From Saprolegnia diclina VS20 (taxonomy: Eukaryota), in the NCBI RefSeq assembly GCF_000281045.1, contig NW_008246068.1, positions 145,606 to 209,605 on the forward strand: DNA of 64,000 bases, given 5' to 3'. Shown piece by piece: positions 41,235-52,421 of the stretch (position 1 is the stretch's first letter; the number at the start of each line of letters is the position of its first letter). The translations under genes and the position numbers were made by a program. The notes under the pieces are model-generated. The model made no database searches, was not told the DNA's origin, and was given only the letters and a program-made list of their open reading frames with translations.

Positions 41235-42881
41235 TTAGGCGTCCCACCAGCACCATTCGTGATACGGCATGGCCTCGATCGCCGCTTCGCAATTCACGAT
41301 CTCAATCGGGTCTTCGACCGTGCAGCGGAGGTCAATGTGGCCAAAGCGGTGAGCGCTCGCCGCGACCACGTCGACGACCGATAGAACGCCTTCTTCGCCG
41401 AGCGGGTTGAAGTCGAGGAGAAGCCACGTCATAAGCGCTGTGCCCGCGTGTCGGGCCATGGCCTGCACGAGTGCGACCGCGCCGTCCGGCCCAACCTCGT
41501 TGCTGCTCAGAGAGAGGTCGTCGAGGCATGGGATCACCGCGCTCAAGGCAATCGCGCCGGGGCACTGGATGCAGTTTTCCGACAAGTCGAGTTCGCGGAG
41601 CTCGGGGCAGAGCGGTAGCAGGCGCGCAAGGGCCATCGCCGACGTGTCGGTGCAGCTTTGCTTGGAGAGGCGCAGCTTCTGGAGCTTCTTGCAGCGCGGC
41701 AGCGCCGACACGAGCACGAGCACGCCCATGTCGAGAAGGACGTTGTCTTTCAGCACAATCTCGACAAGGCGCGGCAAGATCGCGGCCAGCGCGTTGCTGC
41801 CGACGGGCGAGATTGGGATGCGGTCCAGGCGCAGCTTGGTGAGGCGCGTCATGCTCGGCAGCGTCACTTCGAGCAGCGTCGCAATGGCCGGCGTCGTTGT
41901 CAAGGGCGGCGCCGGTGCAAAGCCCAGCTGAAGCGTCGTCAAGTGGCTCTTGTCAAGCGCGGTTAGGAGCGTCGGGAGGTCGGCGTACCGGCACGGCTTG
42001 AGCGTCAAGGACGTCAATGTCGGCGGCAGCTGGAACAGCGCGCTGAGCAGCTCGAGCACGACGTTGGCCTGCGAGACGTACAGCGAACGGAGCGTGCGCG
42101 AGGCCCACAGCGCGGCGCGCAGCAGTGGCAAGCTGCCCACGTGCATGCTGGTCTTGGGCAAGACCAACGATACGAGCGGCTTGGTCGTGAGCCAATGGGA
42201 GAGCGTCACAACCATGGCCTGGTCCCACTCGACATGGCAGTCGCGAAAGTCGACCTTGGTGATCGGCGACGTCGTCATCGCGTAGAGGACGCTCGGGAAC
42301 CGCAGCGGCATGGACGCGCCAAACCACGAGAGCTCGAGCTGGCGCAGCGCCGGCAGCGACTGCAGCGCGCGGAGGATCACGTCGATGGTCGCATCCATCG
42401 TCATGCCCCGGTGCGGCTGGCCGTTGTCGGAAATGAGGAGCAGGATCGATATCGCGCGGTCCTTCCAGTGGCGCAAGACGAGCTCGAGCTCGTGCGGGTA
42501 GATGGGATAGTCAAACGCGAGCTTGGTGCTCGGTAGCAGCGGGTACGGCAGCGGCACGGCGACGTGCTGCACCTCGACGACAGGGTAGAGCACCATGACC
42601 TTTTCAATCCAAACGGCAATCTCGGCCTCGGCAATGTAGCGTGGCAAGACGAGGTTGGGCCACAGGTGCACGCGGCGCGGGTACGTCGGGTCGGACTTGG
42701 GAAAGTAGAGGCGGCTCTGGGCGACCGCGCAGTGGAGCATGAAGAGGCTCTCGAGCGCCGGCGTGCGCAGGCTCGACGGCAGAGCGGTGAGGAAGGAGGC
42801 CATGTCCAGCGACGACGGCAGGAAGAGCGCAATGTGCTGGAAGAGCTCGGGCAGGACGCGGGCGCGGGTGCTCGAGGCCAT
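41235..42881 (-). CDS. F-box-like + RNI-type LRR protein (member 10)
   Basis: MASSTRARVLPELFQHIALF..DMASFLTALP; LRRs LRELDLSENCIQCPG; start Met uncertain (42926 is also possible). Confidence 0.88.
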   Translation of the reverse strand: MASSTRARVLPELFQHIALFLPSSLDMASFLTALPSSLRTPALESLFMLHCAVAQSRLYFPKSDPTYPRRVHLWPNLVLPRYIAEAEIAVWIEKVMVLYPVVEVQHVAVPLPYPLLPSTKLAFDYPIYPHELELVLRHWKDRAISILLLISDNGQPHRGMTMDATIDVILRALQSLPALRQLELSWFGASMPLRFPSVLYAMTTSPITKVDFRDCHVEWDQAMVVTLSHWLTTKPLVSLVLPKTSMHVGSLPLLRAALWASRTLRSLYVSQANVVLELLSALFQLPPTLTSLTLKPCRYADLPTLLTALDKSHLTTLQLGFAPAPPLTTTPAIATLLEVTLPSMTRLTKLRLDRIPISPVGSNALAAILPRLVEIVLKDNVLLDMGVLVLVSALPRCKKLQKLRLSKQSCTDTSAMALARLLPLCPELRELDLSENCIQCPGAIALSAVIPCLDDLSLSSNEVGPDGAVALVQAMARHAGTALMTWLLLDFNPLGEEGVLSVVDVVAASAHRFGHIDLRCTVEDPIEIVNCEAAIEAMPYHEWCWWDA

Positions 42882-44639
42882 GACGGCGGCAGGGACGATA
42901 GCAGTGCGTTGACGGGTGTTCGTCATCTGGGACGTACGCTGACCAGTTGACCAATGCGCGACCTTCATCCAAGATCGTCGGGTCACATAGTTGTCACGGC
43001 CATGATGACGTTATTTCTGACTCGACGGCCAAGTGATTGCGGGGTCGGGCGCATGTGATCCCGCAACCCGATCGCGTGATGCTTCGATCGACTTCGAGAA
43101 GGTCGTTCCGATGCCGCGCTCTAAGATGTGCTCTTCGACAGTGCCCAATTCAAGTGTTCAACTAGATCAAAGGAACGTCGTCTGTGCTGCTGCCGGGCGG
43201 CCTCGCGCTCCAATTGTAGAAGAAGATGACGCGAAAATCGACGTTGCCGTTGAGATGGCACCGGTTGTGGGCTGTGGGCAGAAGAACCGCCCTTATTAGA
43301 AGCATTGCAGTCAACGTACGAGAGCTTTGCGCTCGCGGGATAGACAAGGATTTCTTTTCGTGGTGCCATGGTTACGCAGAATTTACCGAAGTAACGAGAA
43401 GCAACAAACACACGTATGCACCTTGCAGGCATCACGTGACACGGAGCGGGAGGAGGGATAGGGTAGCAAGCAAAGACGTCGCCGGAACCATCGCGAGGCC
43501 ACTGCGTTGGGACGGTGACGAGACCCTCTTCGGTGCTAATAACACGCTGAGAACGCTAGCAATGTTTGGGTGCGACGACTCGGGGCAACTCGCTCTTTTT
43601 TGCAGGGAATTCGCAGCGATACCGTGCGAGTCGAGCCTCGTGCATTGTCAACGAGGTACGTTGTGGGTAGGAATGTGCAGCGGCGGCAACAAGAAATACG
43701 TACTGGTCGGCCTTTTCAAATTGATGACCTTCGGACCTTGGACCACTGACCTTGGACCGAGTGGTTCTTACCATCAGGCTCGTCCACTGAGTTGGATGCG
43801 ATGTCGTTTTTGCGTCCGGGATTTTTTCGGGGAAATCGCTGTTAGCACTGCGGCCCTCACACTCGCCCATACAGGCGATCCCAAGCATCAACACGAGACA
43901 GAGAAGCTCTTCGCGGACAACCCATGGCTTATCGGTACGAGGGTCGCCGCAGATCGGAACGCAGTCGGTGAGGAGGCGAACAAGGCCCTTGCGCGTCCAG
44001 CCGAATTTCTGTCCAAAAGTGATCCGGATCCGGATAAAAATTGGCTTTTGGCGATCTTGCATGATAAGCTTGTGTGGTGATCCTAAAAAGCCAACGCTTT
44101 CCGGCCAATGGCGTACCGTGCAAGGTCTCGACGCGCACGCTGTTCGCCTTCCTCGTAGCGACGCGACCGGTGGGAGTGCTAGCAGCGTCGAAGCGGTGCA
44201 TTGGCCCCGACATAAATTCTTGAGTTTGCCTGCTGACGAGCACGAAAAAAGATCCAAAGACAATATGCTTCACCGCCCGCCATTCCTGTGGAAGTAGTCT
44301 ATCGAGAGGCTAGCTACCGCTGCTGCAACCATCCAGGAGAATACCGGCGCAGCCATACTGCAGAAGAAATGCGAGCACGCCACGTCGCGTGGCCGTTGGT
44401 GGGATATATACCGACTGTGCGTTGAAGTTGTTATGGGACTTTTCGATCCATGGAGTCGCGACGACCGACATCGGAAGGCTTTTTTCTTTAAAAGTCGAGG
44501 CAACGCAACTCGAGATCACTTTTCTACTGCACCAAACCGCAGCCGTTGAAGAAGCCATCGAATGCGGCTTCGTTGACAGAATTGCCTTTGTCATTGTAAA
44601 TAAATAAATTGTCTTTCTAAATAACGACACATGTGGCCT

Positions 44640-45446
44640 CTAAAACCACAAAGCGAGCTTGCGTCGCCATGAGCACTTGGGCTGCAACTTGGCGCGGAGT
44701 TGGCGCATCGTGAGGCGGCGCTTGGGGTTCACCGTCAGTAAGCCGTCGAGCACATCGACCAAATCTTTTGAAAAGAGAGTCTGCATGTTCCAGAGCTTGA
44801 GGAGCGCCTTGACGCCTTGCTGCGCAACGATGCGGTACCCGCCGTCGGCATCCGACGGCGCACGGATCATGGGCACGCCGGTGACGAGCATGAAGAGGAG
44901 GATCCCGAGGCTCCACATGTCGGCGGCTGCGGGGTCGTACGGTCGGCCGGCGTAGACTTCGGGCGCCATATAATAAGGCTTGCCGACAACCGCGTCGCTG
45001 GTTTCGTGAGCGGGGACCGCGAGACCGAAATCGCAGAGCTTGCAGTCGCCGTGTTCGTCCAAGAGGATGTTTTCGAGCGAGATATCGCGGTGTGCAAAAC
45101 CGCATTGGTGCAGCTGATGCAGGCCAGCGACCACTTGGTCAAAGATACGTCGGGCGTCACTGGAGGCGAGCGTCGGCCGTCGATGCAAATATTCGTACAA
45201 GTCGCCGCCGCTGCAGTACTCCAAGACGAGGTGGACCATGTCGTGCTGGTAGAAGCAGTCGATGATGTGCACCAAATGCGGGTGCGGCGCATCGTTGGCG
45301 AGCGCCTTTGCGACGCGGAGCTCAGCTGTTGCTTCGTAGCACACCTCCGTGTACTGCTTGACGGCGTACGAGACGCCTGCGTTCGTGGCGTGGAAGACAT
45401 GGCCGAACGTCGTGTTTGTGACCAACGACTCGAGCTGCAGCACCAT
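44640..45446 (-). CDS. Ser/Thr protein kinase, CAMK-like, intronless
   Basis: YAVK, LVLEYCSGGDLY, HRDISLEN, DFG, GKPYYMAPE, DMWSLG; Gly-loop reduced (TNTTFGHV). Confidence 0.92.
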   Translation of the reverse strand: MVLQLESLVTNTTFGHVFHATNAGVSYAVKQYTEVCYEATAELRVAKALANDAPHPHLVHIIDCFYQHDMVHLVLEYCSGGDLYEYLHRRPTLASSDARRIFDQVVAGLHQLHQCGFAHRDISLENILLDEHGDCKLCDFGLAVPAHETSDAVVGKPYYMAPEVYAGRPYDPAAADMWSLGILLFMLVTGVPMIRAPSDADGGYRIVAQQGVKALLKLWNMQTLFSKDLVDVLDGLLTVNPKRRLTMRQLRAKLQPKCSWRRKLALWF

Positions 45447-45463
45447 TTTGCGGCGTTGCGGGC

Positions 45464-45479
45464 CAAATGAAAAGTGAGC
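45464..45479 (-). promoter_or_regulatory. Oomycete INR/FPR-type core promoter element
   Basis: Minus strand GCTCACTTTTCATTTG, about 17 nt upstream of the kinase ATG; fits the GCTCATTYBNNNWTTY-type consensus. Confidence 0.6.
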
Positions 45480-46516
45480 TAGAAAGGCCGCTTGGTGCAG
45501 ATGAGCGGATGACGAGGCGAGCACTCAGATCTCATTCCCAACCTAAAACTTCGTCGAAGCAAAATGATTGTACTTGGTTAACGTATGCTTGCTGCGATTC
45601 TGGCTTCGAACTACGATGTGGACCACCCACTTCAACCAATCGAATGTGACTTCGGCTTGGCAGACACGGCGTGAGTCCATGGCGTGAGTCCGTCGTCGAA
45701 AAAATGATCGACACCTCCGCAACGTTCAACCCAGATATGGACTAGAACCACAACTAGAATCCAGCGGAACCAGAACCGGTACGAGTTGTCGAAAATGTAT
45801 ATGTGAATTTCGTTTGCCGTCCATTCATGGGGTCTCTAGCTTCCACGATCCGGTGCAGGTCGCGGTGTGCTGTTGGTGAACAAACTCGAAACATACATTC
45901 CTCGCTGACTCGCGCTGTAGATAATGTCGGTCAGCTGCGTTCCTAGTCAACTACGATGTCGAGTAACCTGAATTCGCTGCATTGAAAGGCATTGAGAGTG
46001 GACATGATGATAAACTTGGATAACCCCACAACTGTGCTTGAGCCACGGTACGTGCGGGTTGTGAGCCTGCGTCACGCCCTTCAATTGTTGAATGGGTGAG
46101 CTACAATCGCGACAAGCGAGCAAACGCCAGCTCCAACCAAACCAACAAGCCATCCGAAACGTTGTGTTGTCGGTGGCGGTACTTGGCGCGTCCGCATTCG
46201 ATAATCAAGTTGCATTACATACGGTGTATGTCCTGCCACAACCTGTCCTGTTTTTGTGCGGTCGTGAACGCGTCGAGGACCATCTCAGCTGTTGTGCGCG
46301 CACGTGGCACCTTCATCGCTGCACTCCAAATCACATTTAGCCCACTCACACCACTGTGCAGTGTTTCCCGTTGGTGCACCAATGTGTCCAACGCGCTCTT
46401 ACACAATCGCACCTTATGCTGGGCGTATTCAAATATTTCAACTCGACATCGGTAACGTCCTAAATTATTCAACTTTCCTCTCCTTCTCGCTGCTCAGAGC
46501 TGGAAGACGTATTCGA

Positions 46517-47122
46517 CTACATGTTGCCCGTGCGAAGCCCCACGACCGAGTGGTATCGGGTCCGCTTGCCGTGGCTCGTCTTGGCCCGGCCCACCGGCGC
46601 CAGCGCCGTATGCCGTCGCGACTGGTTGCACCGGCACACACACTGGGTCGTTCCATGGTGGTGAAAGACCGTCGAGCTAATCGCGGGGGTGCCCCACGGC
46701 GGGAAGTCGAGGGTTTCCTTCGTCCTCGTATTGTAGAAGGCGCACTTGCCGCTCGACGTCCGGCACGTTTCAATCCAGAATGGCGGCAGCTCGGGTACGT
46801 TCGACTCTTTTCGAAACCCGCGGCAGCGTGGACAGAGTATGTCCTTGGGCTTTGGTCGACCTTCAATGAGGGCGTCCATGTCCCGGTGCCCCGCATTCGC
46901 CTCGATTTTTCGGGGCGCAAAGGTCGTCGACGGGTCAATATGCAAATTCGTCAAGACCTCGTCGACCGTCAAGCCGTTCTCAATGTGATAATATGTCTTG
47001 AGGGGGAGGTAGACCTTGGGCATCACTGGAAGACTGGCGCAGAGCGCATTGTTGCTGCCACCCCGGAGCAGCGGTGGGCGGCGGGCGGGTCGTCGACCCC
47101 GCGGAGTCGGCTCCTGTGCCAT
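46517..47122 (-). CDS. Small protein with a Cys/His-clamped WW-like domain (paralogue 1)
   Basis: CPRCRGF..LPPFWIE..SGKCAFYNTRTKETLDFPP..VFHHHGTTQCVCRC; start at MAQEPTP (uncertain). Confidence 0.7.
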   Translation of the reverse strand: MAQEPTPRGRRPARRPPLLRGGSNNALCASLPVMPKVYLPLKTYYHIENGLTVDEVLTNLHIDPSTTFAPRKIEANAGHRDMDALIEGRPKPKDILCPRCRGFRKESNVPELPPFWIETCRTSSGKCAFYNTRTKETLDFPPWGTPAISSTVFHHHGTTQCVCRCNQSRRHTALAPVGRAKTSHGKRTRYHSVVGLRTGNM

Positions 47123-47809
47123 TCTAGAGTGGCGTGACGTTGCTTCGACAACGCGAGTTTGCGTGATTGTTAAAAATACAACCGGTTTGGTCTCATTGGT
47201 TCGACTACGGCCCGCCATTGATTTGGGATAACGTAGACGGAAACGCTTATTGTGAAGCGTCTTTGCACCCATCGACCAACTTGATCAACGTCTTTCTCTA
47301 AACGGGGAGAGAGAATACCTCTGGGAACTTTGGGGCTTGACCGCAGTAAGCAAATGGAGGCATCTATTAAATCCAATACGAGTACGTTCTGAACCATAAG
47401 CTATAAGAACCGGCGGCGCACTGACCGAGAGCGGTTGCCTCATATAGGGGTAGGGGATTCCACGGTGCTAAAGGCGTGATCAATCACGGTGCTGTGCGGC
47501 ACGACGCGAGCCGGTGGTGCCGGGGGCCGTTGTGCCACACCATTTGGCGCTCACCGACACCAACGGCATCTTATATATATAAGAAATTTGTTCGAGCTCA
47601 ACAACAGTCGGTACTGGCACATACAAGCACGTGCGCGGAGACCTAATGGCCCACAACAGACGTAGATGATTTGTGCTGGCAAACACCGACACGAAGCTAG
47701 CACTTGGCGCTGCGGTTTCTAGCCCCATCCAGAGCCGCCGCCGGGTGCATCGTCGGAGAAAGAACATGTGCGTCTTCATTGGCAACTTGTCGTCGCCGCT
47801 CGCGAACGA

Positions 47810-48009
47810 GATCGCGCGAACTCGTCGGCACCGTCGAAAACCTCAAGCAGGCGCAAGTGACCAAGAAGCGGTTCATCGAGAACCGCGACCCAGAGCTCGG
47901 TGAGGGCCTCGAAGGCGCCGATGCGTTTGTCGAGAGCCCGGCGGTCGCTGTAAGTGACAAGCACAACGTCAGCGTTCTCTCGTTGGGTGCGCTTTGGCGG
48001 GAAAGATGA
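47810..48009 (+). CDS. Possible short coding exon or gene fragment
   Basis: Coding-like stretch SRELVGTVENLKQAQVTKKRFIENRDPELGEGLEGADAF, preceded by a possible ag acceptor; no domain recognised. Confidence 0.25.
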
Positions 48010-48256
48010 TCCATACCATCCCGCGGAAGACTATATCCGCATAGAATAAGACCTGCAGGCTTGTCACGAGGCTTGCTTTTCGGCACTCGAGTCCAAGCAT
48101 GTCTTGATAAGCGAGGGTCTGGGGCCGGTCTGGTTCTCACCTTCCCATTTTCAAACGTATATTTCCTCTGAATAAACCAGGAAACCACCCATACCGGTTA
48201 CCCTATTGCATGCACTCTGCACACTCGATTACTGTACAAAGAAAGCGACATCGTTG

Positions 48257-48943
48257 TTATTTCAAACTAGATTGTCGTCGCACCATCGGAGGTGTGTCTT
48301 TGAGCGGGGATGTGTTCTTGGGTAAAGTCGCATTCGAGAGGGCAACTGGAGCACCTTCTGCGCCGACCGAGTAGCGCCGCGACTTGCGTGGGGGTGAGGC
48401 CAACGAGCTATGGCGCTGGCGACAGCGACAAACACGCGACGTAGTTCCGTGAAACTGGAACACCACGCAGCTCGTCGGCGGCATTCCGGGCGGCGGAAGT
48501 GCTAGCTTTTCGTTGGTCTTGGTGTTGAGAAAGCCGGTGCGTCCCGAGTTGAGCTTGCACTCGGTCCAGTCGTCAGGCAGACAAGGAATCGCGTCATGCT
48601 TCAAGAACCCGTGGCAGCGAGAGCAAAGCTCTTCAGGCATATCCAGCATCGGAAGCTCCCTCGAATTGGCGCCAAGGAGGATCTGACATGCGCTGCGTTG
48701 CTTTCGTAGCTCCGTCTTCTCGGGCAGGCCCGTGTGGACAGGTTGTGGCGGTGAGTCAATCGCTGGTTCTGGTTTCTTCTTCTGGAGCCACTTGGCGACG
48801 CCGTCTTGGAGGCTAGTGACAAAGCCCTTTGGCGGGGGCGTATCTTGGAGACTGGCCTTGAGCGGCATGTGCACCTTTGGTAGCACAGGGAGGCGCTCGT
48901 CAATGCCGACACCGCGCGGCGGCGATGACGCCTTCGTCTGCAT
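48257..48943 (-). CDS. Small protein with a Cys/His-clamped WW-like domain (paralogue 2)
   Basis: CSRCHGF..LPDDWTE..SGRTGFLNTKTNEKLALPP..VFQFHGTTSRVCRC; N-terminal LPVLPKVHMPLK is shared with paralogue 1 (LPVMPKVYLPLK). Confidence 0.78.
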   Translation of the reverse strand: MQTKASSPPRGVGIDERLPVLPKVHMPLKASLQDTPPPKGFVTSLQDGVAKWLQKKKPEPAIDSPPQPVHTGLPEKTELRKQRSACQILLGANSRELPMLDMPEELCSRCHGFLKHDAIPCLPDDWTECKLNSGRTGFLNTKTNEKLALPPPGMPPTSCVVFQFHGTTSRVCRCRQRHSSLASPPRKSRRYSVGAEGAPVALSNATLPKNTSPLKDTPPMVRRQSSLK

Positions 48944-49244
48944 CTCACCAAACGCCGCGCGAAAATACTAGCAAGTCCGTTGTGTGCGTGTAAATTTAGA
49001 AATCAAACCATCTATCAAACACCTTGAGACCTTGTTGGAGCGACCGTCCGGATACTAGTGCAGTGTATTGCACGTCCGACGGCATGTCGTACATACCCTG
49101 GTACACACATTGTACACTGGAAGACAACTGTCGACGGCGATGACACATTGTTACTGCTAGACATTTTGCAGCGAATGGTGCTATCAACGAGTTCAAACCA
49201 CTTGGTTGTCGATTCAAATTGGTTCAGGGCCCGAAGACCACTGG

Positions 49245-49880
49245 TTATGACGGCGGCGTGACGATCGCGTGGATGTCGGGAAAGTCCATGGACGAGATAC
49301 GCCGCGCTTTGGGTAGCGGGGCGACGGGGGGACATTGGCATACGCGCTGCGTCGTGCCGTGGTACTGAAACACAATGGCGGCCACCGGCGGCGTTCCTGG
49401 TGGCGGCGACGTTCGGATCTCGTGCGTTCCGCCGTGGCAAAAGTGGTTCTGGCTCGCGCTAATGCGGCACTCGGTCCACGGTGCCGGCAGCGGAAGGAAA
49501 TCGTCGGATCTTCGAAACGCATGGCAAGTCGGGCACAAAAGAGCCTCGGTTCCGTCGCGTAACGCGGTCGACGCGCGCTCGAGGTGCGCGAGCGTCAGGC
49601 TCACGTGCCGCTGTCGCAGAATCCGCTTGGTGTTGATGCCGCGCTGTTGCTGGAGGCGGTCCATGCGCGTTGCGTGGTGAGCAAACGACGCGTGCAAGTC
49701 GGCTTGGAGCTTATCGAGACGGGCCTCAATGGAGCTCGTGTCTCCAAGCAGCGCCTGGACGACACCGGAGGGCGGCGGCACTTGCTTTGCGATCGACGGC
49801 AGCGCCGTGCGCGGCGGGGGGCGGGCGTACGGTGTCGCCTTGGCCGCCCGCGCGCGGGACGAGGGCCCTGGCTCGGGCAT
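49245..49880 (-). CDS. Small protein with a coiled coil and a Cys/His-clamped WW-like domain (paralogue 3)
   Basis: CPTCHAF..LPAPWTE..FCHGGTHEIRTSPP..VFQYHGTTQRVCQC. Confidence 0.78.
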   Translation of the reverse strand: MPEPGPSSRARAAKATPYARPPPRTALPSIAKQVPPPSGVVQALLGDTSSIEARLDKLQADLHASFAHHATRMDRLQQQRGINTKRILRQRHVSLTLAHLERASTALRDGTEALLCPTCHAFRRSDDFLPLPAPWTECRISASQNHFCHGGTHEIRTSPPPGTPPVAAIVFQYHGTTQRVCQCPPVAPLPKARRISSMDFPDIHAIVTPPS

Positions 49881-50442
49881 CCCGAGACAGGCGGGTTTGA
49901 CTCGACCATTTTGGGGCCAGGATACACAACAGTCAACCGTTATAAATGGCTAGGGATATGAACTATCAAATTTCACCGACAGTTGTGTCTTGACGCGTTG
50001 CCTGTTGCCGCTTTTGAAATGCCGGGCGCGGTTCAACGAAGCAGTAGATGCTTCGGCACGCACTTGCTTTCCACTAAAAGCTCCATAATGCTGATACTCA
50101 GCTATGGCGAAGAATCACAACTTATCTGGCGTACACCTGACGCTCGTGAAACGAGACGCAAAAACCTAGTCGAGTGAACCTGCGACGCTTTCGAGAACGC
50201 TCGCAAAAACAAAGCAGCGGGCCTTGATCCATTCGATGAGCAGCCCGAGAGGGTCCTCCAAGGGTGTAGCGTTCCGGCCTCTTGACCATTGAGCTTCCTG
50301 GCATCGCCCGTATATCCTAAACAAGGTGCAAACGTGAGCGTCTGGCTCAACGCTATTTATTATATGACGTAATTCTGACGCATCGGGGATCGAAGTGGGG
50401 ACGAGTGGGCGGTGTAACGACATAGTTCGCCGACAGTGTTCA

Positions 50443-52107
50443 ATGGATCCTCGGTTCGAGGCGGTGCGAGAGCTCGGGCGGGGCAGCCATGGCGACGCGG
50501 TCTTAATGCGCCACTGCATCTCGGGTGCTTTCGTCGTGGCCAAGACGATTCATACTTCGCTTTCGTCATGCGCGGCCGAAGTTGATGTCATGCGCCGGCT
50601 TCAGCACCCGAATATTGTCAGTTTGATCGAGTCGACGGCAAGCAAAGACAGTGGGGACCCCGTCCTCTTACTAGAGTACGCAGACGGCGGCGACCTGTAC
50701 GCGTTCGTTTGCCAACACCGCGCCACGTAACTCCAAGGACGCTCGGTGGGCCGAATACATGTACACTGCGTAGGGGGCGGCTACCCGAAGCCCACGTCGT
50801 GCGCATTTTGATTCAGCTTTGCTTGGCGCTGCAGTACTTGCACGAACGCAACATCGTGCATCGGTACCTCACTCTTCTCATGAGACAAGTTGTCCTCATG
50901 TGATCACTGTGTACTAGCGATATCAAACCCCACGTACATAGGGTGCCATGTCCTCGACGATGCACAACTTGTCATTAGAACATCTTTTTGACGGCCAGTG
51001 GCGTCGTCAAGCTCGGCGACTTTGGAATTGCAAAAGCACTCTCGCACACGCTCGACTTGGCGATGACCCAAGTGGGCACACCTCTCTACTTGTACACGAG
51101 TTAGTCCATTCGACTGCAATTGATACATGTACTTTGTAGATCCCCCGAGATTTGCGACGGCAGCGAGTACAACACCAAAAGCGACTTGTGGGGCCTCGGG
51201 TGTGTTCTCCACGAGCTCCTCACGTTCGCGCCTCCGTTTACAGGGCGTAGCTGGCCGATCATCGTGCAAAAGATCGTGACGGCGACACCGAGTCCGATCA
51301 TTGATGGACAGTATTACTCGCCCGAAATCATTGCACTCGCGTCCCAGCTACTTGCCAAGACACCTCATGTAGCTCCTGTCGTCCGTCAACGATCTACTAC
51401 TCCATACATGGCCGTAGGAACGCCCGAGTGCGACCGAAATTCTAGCCACGCCCTTCATCCAACGCCACATCATGCACCTTGCGAGTGTCGCGACGTGGGA
51501 TGCGCTGCCCAAGCTCCACGTAGACCCATCACCCCGTCGTCCAACGACGTTGGCCGCGGTCCTCGACGCCCACGGCGGTGTGTCCATTTTGCAATCTGAA
51601 AGGCGCAATGTATCGCCCAAGCGACGCGCAGCACCCAACACACTTGAAGATGCGGCCCGTCGACAGTTTCATGAGAACCAGGTCTGCACTATCGCAGACA
51701 ATGTAATATTGTCATTGCGCTAAATAGCGTCGTGTAGCGAGCGGCACGCGCATACAAAGAGCGCATGGACGAGCTTCAGAAGGGCCCGGCAGCCGCCGAA
51801 GACGACCTCTCGTACTATTGACTTGGTTGTCCGGTCTTCAACTACGATGGTGGGTAGTGCAAACGAAAGCTACCACAAGCCCACGGCTGCGCAAGACGAC
51901 AGCGCGTATGTTCACACCAAGTGGATGGAGATACGACTCATCAATCCTGCAGGCATGGTGACTATGAAGATTTACTGGCTCAAGAACGACGCCGCGTCTT
52001 TCTCGAACGAAAGGCGCTGCAAGATCGCATGCAGGCGCTCCAAGCGACGAGCCACCTCACGCTATCCTAACCTCAAATCTTCGCTGCGCTTCGCGCCGCC
52101 ACGTTGA
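50443..52107 (+). CDS. NIMA-related (NEK family) protein kinase, multi-exon
   Basis: [20 protein letters not shown], spliced [50 protein letters not shown]; the 3' exon structure and stop are approximate. Confidence 0.85.
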
Positions 52108-52421
52108 AGTTGCGTGTTTTTAGTAGAAGACGCAAGCCTTTTTCGCGGCCAGACCATGCGTTTTAGAGAAAACAGCCTATTGTCAAGTGCCTAACGAGAT
52201 ATACCTCGCTCTTCAAGGGTCTACTGTCGCTCGTACGCGCCGTGTGGATGCCACAAGTGTCGGCGTACGCGCGCTATCCGGATATTTGGTCTGGTATACG
52301 GATAGAAAGGCAGCCTAGGTGGCGTGCAAAAAGACTGCATTTAACCTCTGAAACTCGATACTTGTGATGCATCTTGGGGTTCTACCAGCTTCTTGATCCA
52401 TCCGAAATTGACCCCAGGACC

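Noticed and set aside
13751..42881. LRR genes as canonical NLRs or secreted RxLR/CRN effectors
   Set aside because: No P-loop/NACHT/NB-ARC motif, no signal peptide and no LFLAK motif seen.
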